Source of the DNA: Zootoca vivipara
Taxonomy: Eukaryota
Length of the DNA stretch: 64,000 nucleotides
Reading direction: 5' to 3'
Assembly (NCBI RefSeq): GCF_963506605.1
Contig: NC_083277.1
Location: forward strand, 18,476,001 to 18,540,000
A program made the position numbers and the translations under genes. Numbering within the stretch: the stretch's first letter is position 1; each line of letters starts with the position of its first letter. The notes under the pieces were generated by a model that worked only from the letters and a program-made list of their open reading frames with translations, did not search any database and had not been told where the DNA came from. Shown piece by piece: positions 61,738 to 64,000 of the stretch.

Positions 61738-62803
61738 CTGCAGGGGACACAGGAAGGAAGGGTTTAATAACTGAGGAAGATACAGAACACAAGTTAACGA
61801 TGATGAGTCACAGTGCCAACCATTTATTTAGTTGTTGCCTTGGGTGGGCCAAAGTGCGTGTGATGCCGGCAGAGTCAGGCCTGCCCCAAATCACATGCCC
61901 AGGAGCAGGAGATGCAGTAAGTGGGTTTGAACTAGGCCCTCCTCATGCCTGCTGCCTGTTCGCTGGGTTTGTCTTTCAAGCGACGGGCAGGGTTCCACCC
62001 TTCCACGTTCTGCTTCTGAGGCAGAAACGGTGGCAAGCTTTCAACACCTCTTAGAAGACCCATCTATTAAAGTGGACTTTCTCCTTGTAGGGTTTATCCC
62101 AACACTCTGTTTTATTACTTGTTGAAATTTACACTGGTGGGTTCTCTGCTTTTATATGTTTGCTTATGATGTTGTGTGTACATCTTTATTTCCTCTTTTA
62201 ATGATCCGGGGCAGATCTACAATGTAACTAATGGAGCTTAAACATCAGGGCCCCCTAATCCTGGAAGGGGCTCCCAGAAGTGTCTTCAGCCCACATTGCT
62301 TTTAAAAATTGGGTGTAGTAGACCCCATTTGAGTCACACGACTCAAATCGATTAATTTTTGCTGTTGTCTATATTTCAACATCCCCAAAGCTTGAGACTC
62401 AGTAGCACAGATGTTGTAAAAGTTTTTGTAAACAACCCCAAGGAAGGGGATAACAGTGGTTACCTAGACCTCGGTGGTGGTTTCAAAGGGGCCCCCACAA
62501 CAGTTCGAGCTTCAAGGCCTCCAAAATGTAGGTCCACCCCTAAATCTCACTGCGGTGTTTTATGTTTAAAAACCCTTATGGAATTTGCATATTAGGCAGC
62601 AGGTAAATGGGGATGATGAATGAATGAAAAATTACTCTGTGAGCAGACCATGTGGATAAATGTGGCAGGAGGGTTTAGTGCCATTCACTCATGGACACAT
62701 CGCTTTAGTGCTGTAAATTGTAGACCCCGATTTACAAATGATGGGGGGGCAGAGCCACACTCAAGGGCAACTGGCTGCTATGAGTCTGGCCGGTCATTGC
62801 AGA

Positions 62804-62930
62804 AGAGCCGTAGCTCAGGGGTTGAGCACCTGCTTTGCATGCAGAAGGTCCCAGGATCAATCGCCAGCATCTTCAGGTAGGGTTGGGAATGTCCCCTGGT
62901 TGAAATCCAGCCCACCAGCAGTGACTGATG
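62804..62930 (+). mobile_element. tRNA-Ala(TGC)-derived SINE
   Basis: gtagctcaggggttgagcacctgctttgcatgcagaaggtcccaggatcaatcgccagcatc. Relatives at ~63580-63700 (+) and ~47830-47964 (-). Confidence 0.7.
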
Positions 62931-64000
62931 CCCATTGAGGCTGGTAGGGCAGAAGACAGGGAGACCAACAGTAGGTGGTACCAAAGCCCATCCCCTGACT
63001 GGATGCAAGATGGCAGGCTGGTGGGACCCCACTGAATGCAGACTGAGGTTGAAGAGGGACAGGGGGCCAGTTCCCCCAAAGGACCAGCCTCTACTGCAGC
63101 CATCTGAGCTAGACGGACCTATAGGCTGACTCGCTAAAAGGCAGGTTCCTATCTCTTGCCTCATGGGAGTTGCAACACAGGAGATATTATTAATGTTCAG
63201 GCATCTCTATCTGACCACATGCCAACGTGATGCAAGAGAGACTCCTTGAACAAAAGAATCTGGCCAATAATCAATCACTTATCTGTCAAAGGGCAGAGGT
63301 TTTCAAACTTCCTGATTCCAGAAGGGTTAGAATGCAAAGAGGCTTTCCATAAACCCTGAGATGTCACATTCCAAGCCCCCACAGCCACTTCCTCATCTTG
63401 GCCGTTGGTTGCCCTCAAATCTCAACTTCTGAATCCCGTGGGCCTTGCTTGACTCATGGTCCTCAGCAGAGGGCTGATAGGCTGAGGTAAGTTGTGTAGC
63501 TGTTGCTTGAGGATTTTAGGGGGCATGTCTTATAGAACAAATGAGAAGAACAGCCGTGGAGGCTCCCCCCCCTCAGGAAGGGTCATGGCTCAGTGGCAGA
63601 GCACCCACTTCTCATGAAGAAGGTTCCCCAGTTCAATCCCCAGCATCTCCAAGCTGGGAAGCCCTGCAGAACTGCTGCCTGTCTATGTAGATAATGCTGG
63701 ACTAATGGCGAGTCAGCACATTGGTCCATCTAGCTCAATGCTGTCTGCACGGACTGGCAGCGGCTCTCCAGGATTTCAGACATTCTCAGTCCTACGACTA
63801 TCTAGAGCAGGCATCCCCCAAACTGCGGCCCTCCAGATGTTTTGGCCTACAACTCCCATGATCCCTAGCTAACAGAACCAGTGGTCAGGGAAGATGGGAA
63901 TTGTAGCCCAAAACATCTGGAGGGCCGAAGTTTGGGGATGCCTGATCTAGAGGGCTGAGAAACGTTGTGTAGCTGTTGCTTGAGTTTGAGGAGATGACGT

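Overview
Vertebrate genomic DNA from a squamate reptile. The repeat content (Sauria SINE, BovB/RTE, CR1, L2, Rex1, Penelope-type fragments, hAT and Tc1/mariner MITEs) suggests a lizard, probably a lacertid (inference). I could splice five protein-coding genes by hand, all with GT-AG junctions. (1) A divergent AGPAT1/2-family acyltransferase gene (+, 6 coding exons, 1611/1680-9429) with an intact frame, but the catalytic His of NHxxxxD is Gln and EGTR is EGTG. (2) CCDC105/TEKTL1 (+, 7 exons, 14952-21603, 478 aa). (3) RPS5 (+, TOP-type non-coding exon 1 plus 5 coding exons, 25362-28620, 203 aa). (4) RNF225 (+, single coding exon, 49283-50047). (5) The 3' end of GABBR1 (-, 61737-56188), with one exon apparently lost in the N gap and a 1-nt frameshift that is probably an assembly error. 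The most unusual signals are a family of short repeats carrying minimal hammerhead ribozyme cores (a head-to-tail array of 137-150 nt units at ~13015-13414 and an intact copy with a 15-bp TSD in an RPS5 intron), a second unrelated hammerhead inside a fold-back insertion in a CCDC105 intron, the apparent AGPAT pseudo-enzyme, and linkage of human-MHC-region genes with human chr19 genes. All homology calls come from my recall of the families, not from database searches.
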